From Psammoneis japonica (Eukaryota), in contig QPGO01000029.1 in NCBI GenBank assembly GCA_008632985.1, positions 124,001 to 188,000 of the forward strand: DNA of 64,000 nt, written 5' to 3'. This document shows positions 60,427 to 64,000 of this stretch, piece by piece; within the stretch, counting starts at the first letter, position 1; each line of letters opens with the position of its first letter. A program made the position numbers and the translations under genes. The notes beneath the pieces are model-generated. The model searched no databases and was not told the DNA's origin. It worked only from the letters and a program-made list of their open reading frames with translations.

Positions 60427-61574
60427 ATGTCTTTTCCAATTCTCGCCAAAGTATCTCAAGACGCCCGCCCCACAACCGACGCGGCATCGGAATTGCAATT
60501 GGCTGCCGCCATGGGTTATCCCAAAACGTGGCGTGTCGTTCGTTCTATCGACGAAAACATGATTCAAGATACGATTTACGCGGGCAATCCCGACGACAAG
60601 GTGGATACGTGGTTTAATCACACGGCAGCACGTCAAGCGGCCGTTTCGTGGGTCGAGGGGGAATCGACCGGGTATGAACACAAGGGCGGACACTTGTTGA
60701 AGAAAGTTGCGAAATTCCAAAAAAATGACATTGTGCAAGTGTATTATTCAGATGATGACACGTGGTATGATGCGACTATTGTCAACGAATTGAATACGAT
60801 GATGAATTTCGTTATACAGTACATTATACGTTGGAAGATTCGACACAACAGCATGTACGTGAAGAACACATTCGTGTTGCAAACGAAACGACGGACGAAT
60901 TTGCCAATGCCGAATCGCTCGGATTGCCATCGGGATGGAGTGCCAAACCCAAAGCCAAGGGACGGTGGAGTATTGTAGCTCCTGATGGACAAGTGTTTGC
61001 TTCCAAGAAAAAGGCTTTACAGTATGCAAAGAAAGGCGGCGCGCAAAACCAAGAGGAGGACGACGAGGGTGATCCGCCGTGGCGCAAAACAAACCATGAG
61101 TATATTGGAAGAAGGGTCCTGTACACGCACTCTCAAAAGTATTCGGGTACACGGTGTATTGATATAACTCAGAGAGGAACCGTGGTGGGATGGATTGCCG
61201 ACACGGATGTGGACAAGGTGAGTTGGTGGCTTCTGGGTTTGTACTATATGGTATGCAAGTCTCATATGCTTCAATTTCTCCCATCAACTAGAATGGCGAG
61301 CCTGGTTTTGTATCGGCTTCTACGGGCCAACCAGCCAATTTGTTTCATGTGGAGTTTGACGATGAGCCCAATCACGACTATGGTGAGCAGTCGTCATTCT
61401 GTTTCTTGTGCATAGTAGTGCCATGTGCCTCTGGTCTTACAAAACTACTCATTGTGTATAGCCAAACATTTGATTGCTGCACAAGATTTGGAAGAATACG
61501 AATTATTGGAATGCATCTTGCCTACGAATGAAGAGACTGGTGAGCCGCCGAGAAAACGACAGAGATCAAGCTAA
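60427..61574 (+). CDS. Putative chromatin protein: Tudor/Agenet-like + MBD-fold-like + second SH3/Tudor-like module; 3 exons, frameshift near 60788
   Basis: FQKNDIVQVYY..DDTWYDATIV...YTVHY; LPSGW...IVAPDGQVFASKKKALQY; YIGRRV...GTVVGW...FHVEFDD...QDLEEYEL. Introns 61218-61292 and 61383-61461. Confidence 0.7.
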
Positions 61575-62532
61575 TAGGGCAGGGGAGAAAACACGAAACT
61601 ACAGTACTCTAGAGGTTGAGAATATAGGATAAGAGGGAGTAGATTTCAAAGTTTTCAGCAGTACAAGTAGACAGCAGCCATGAAGGAGATGCGACTGCAG
61701 ACAAAAGCCAATGGCACCATTGCATGTAGCGTAGGGACCCAAGTCGAGTAGGCGGACGACTCACTCGTCGAGAACAAGGCAAGAAAGTAAAGCTAACCAA
61801 CATTCAGCAGAACAGTAGCTGTTGCTAGAGGAAAAAAGTATCTCTAGAAAGAGACTTAGATAAAAGACAGTACCGTAGAGTTCAAAGTTCCATCACTAGA
61901 GATGTACTGTTCGTATGACTAGGGAAATCGAGGAATGCAGTTCCAACACAAGCCCATAAAGCAGGGTAGAGTTCCAATCATGCCGTACCTGGTAGCGTGC
62001 ACACAGTAGTAGGGCCCACGGGCGAATAAACAATTCACTCTACTGTGTAATAGCTGGACGCGGGGAAGGATTAGGCCTCCAGAGCAGCAGCTTTTCCTAA
62101 AAACTTTGATGTGAAGGGCATAGCTTCGATCTTTCCATGTCGACAAAATTAGCTCCGCAACCGCTGCTTCCCCTTTTTATGAAAAACATCATGCTCTGGG
62201 AATAAAAAGATCCGTTGATAACTAATTATACATGTGGGAACATATTACATTTATTTATTTTGCACGAGTTTCTTCTAAGCAAAACTTTAGTAGTATTAAA
62301 CCATGGATAATACAAATAATGTCCATACAAACCTTTGTTCACGAAGTCCTGGTATGGCTCAGCCAAAAATTCATTCTGGCGCCCTCGAATTGTTGTCACA
62401 CCGCAACGAACCTCTGCCGCCACCAACAGAAACAAAAACTGAGCAACTCAGTGTCACAACACGAATAGAGATGCCAAAGTACTAAGTCGCCACGCAAACA
62501 ACCGGAGTCAGTCGTCTGGAGTGCGAGCTAGA

Positions 62533-62968
62533 ATGTCTCAGCAGCAGGATGATCCGAATCGTGCACACATGCCGCCACGGGAAGAAGGCGGTGCACCTTC
62601 GTCGTCGTCTTCTCATTATGAGGGCTCGAGCAGTGCTGCTAGTCATCGACCAAGGACGTCGCCATTGCATTTGGGCGCTGAGGAATATTATCAACACCCT
62701 CCCGCACCACCAATGGCCATGGGAATGAGACCAATTGGAGAGCGGAGGTCACCTTATACCGAAGCTCAACAAGAAACGCAACAACAACCACCACAACAAC
62801 AATTGGGATCCGTTGAAAGACGAGGACTAAAGGCGACTGCCGTAACACCAGAGTCTGGACAGCTCAGTGCGGGTGGTATGATGAGTCCTACAATAGGGAC
62901 AAGGAAAAGACGGGTTCCAATGGCCACACCGGGGAGCGGTCATGCCATCATGGCCTCGACAAGAACAG
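62533..62968 (+). CDS. First exon of a P/Q/S-rich protein; remainder unresolved
   Basis: ATG 62533, low-complexity coding frame with RKRR, donor AG|GTGAG at 62969. Confidence 0.55.
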
Positions 62969-63740
62969 GTGAGATTCACGTAAATTTGATTCCCTATGTA
63001 TTTTTCTGTTCAACGGAATTGTTTCCGTTCAGTTCGAAACATGTTCGTCAATGTTGATGAAGATAAACTCGTCCACTATTGTTTCCCGCGTATCGGATAA
63101 ATGGACACGAAGGCTGTATTGATCTGTTTGAAATGATTGATAGCGGCCAGTGTTTATGGGCCTTTCTGAGGGGCTGTACGTTTTCGGCCACCAGCTTGTT
63201 CACCATATACGTGTTGAATATCGAACATTGTTTCTTTTCGATAGTAATTTGCGCGCGATTATTGTGAAATTTTGTTGATGGGTCTTGTAGCGGACAAAGT
63301 ACGCGATGCGCACGGTTCGGTCAGTTGAACGTCTTTCTTCGCCTCACAAAACGAGTGTGAGAGATGGAACGCTCTTCGTTTTCAGTCCCACTGATGGTAT
63401 TGAATGAGGCAGGATTACACATGCAACGCCAGTTTCTGAGCTTGTATCATATTTTGGGCAGAATGGTGTTCTTTTGGAGGCCTAAACAATGAGCGACACA
63501 ACGGATCCCGTGATTGGCACTATTGTTAACGAGAGCAAACGGAATGAAAGCCATCTCTGACGATGAAAGAATGCGTCCTGATATCGTTTTCGTTGTTGAT
63601 TCGTGTGCTTGTATCTTCGATGAATCGTTAAACTTTTCCCGTGTTTGCTCATGACAAACAACATTGACCCGTCACTCACCCAAACCGATCTCCTCTTTGC
63701 TTTCATTCTGTCTCTTCTTCTCTGGTCCCTTACCTGACTC

Positions 63741-64000
63741 ATGTACGCTGCGGACGACGACGACTGTGTTATTAATGATGATTCATCTCCTCAAAAACGC
63801 TCTCATGGCGGAAATCAACGTGGTGGTGACTATCAAAAATACTTTATTGTGACTCCAACGTGCCACTATATCAATCCTCGGTTTCCTGAAAAACGTGACG
63901 TTGACTCCGACAATGATCTGCCTTCATCACCCGAATCGTCGATATCCGATTGTCTGTTTCCAATTTCAACATCATCCGACTGGGTTTGCAACGCTTCTGT
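63741..64000 (+). CDS. Possible coding exon running off the window
   Basis: Open frame MYAADDDDCVINDDSSPQKR...DWVCNAS to the window end; no recognisable motif. Confidence 0.3.
   Translation, partial: MYAADDDDCVINDDSSPQKRSHGGNQRGGDYQKYFIVTPTCHYINPRFPEKRDVDSDNDLPSSPESSISDCLFPISTSSDWVCNAS

Noticed and set aside
4115..61574. Frameshifts in many host genes (RIB7, phosphoesterase, GPAT, PIPK, NOP9, PRMT, RPN6, Tudor protein) as pseudogenisation or programmed frameshifting
   Set aside because: They are single-base losses, some in short homopolymers, in otherwise well-conserved and essential genes. Uncorrected long-read indel errors are the simplest explanation.

Overview
Gene-dense eukaryotic nuclear DNA with short GT-AG introns, bipartite signal+'xAF/SFAP' plastid presequences and CoDi-type copia remnants, which points to a diatom (species not determinable from sequence). 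About 25 host genes are present, including RIB7-like reductase, a prephenate/arogenate dehydratase-dehydrogenase fusion, MFS, CDP-DAG synthase, DUF1823, GPAT, PIP kinase, globin-like, GT8, CCB4, HPAT-like, TSPO, sulfotransferase, GNAT, GARP MYB, NOP9, PRMT10-like, RPN6 and a Tudor/MBD-like protein. Many carry single-base frameshifts that look like assembly errors. Two sharply bounded transposon blocks (~10.8-15.4 kb and ~36.9-49.2 kb) have lost CpG and also almost all TpA. Conserved Tyr codons of the copia proteins read as Cys or His (TAY->TGY/CAY), surviving TpA sits mostly in YTAR contexts, and one nested segment has lost TpA while keeping CpG. This suggests a repeat-targeted, RIP-like A:T->G:C hypermutation process distinct from 5mC deamination. 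All dinucleotide statements are by-eye readings, not computed counts, and family assignments come from recalled motifs, not database searches.
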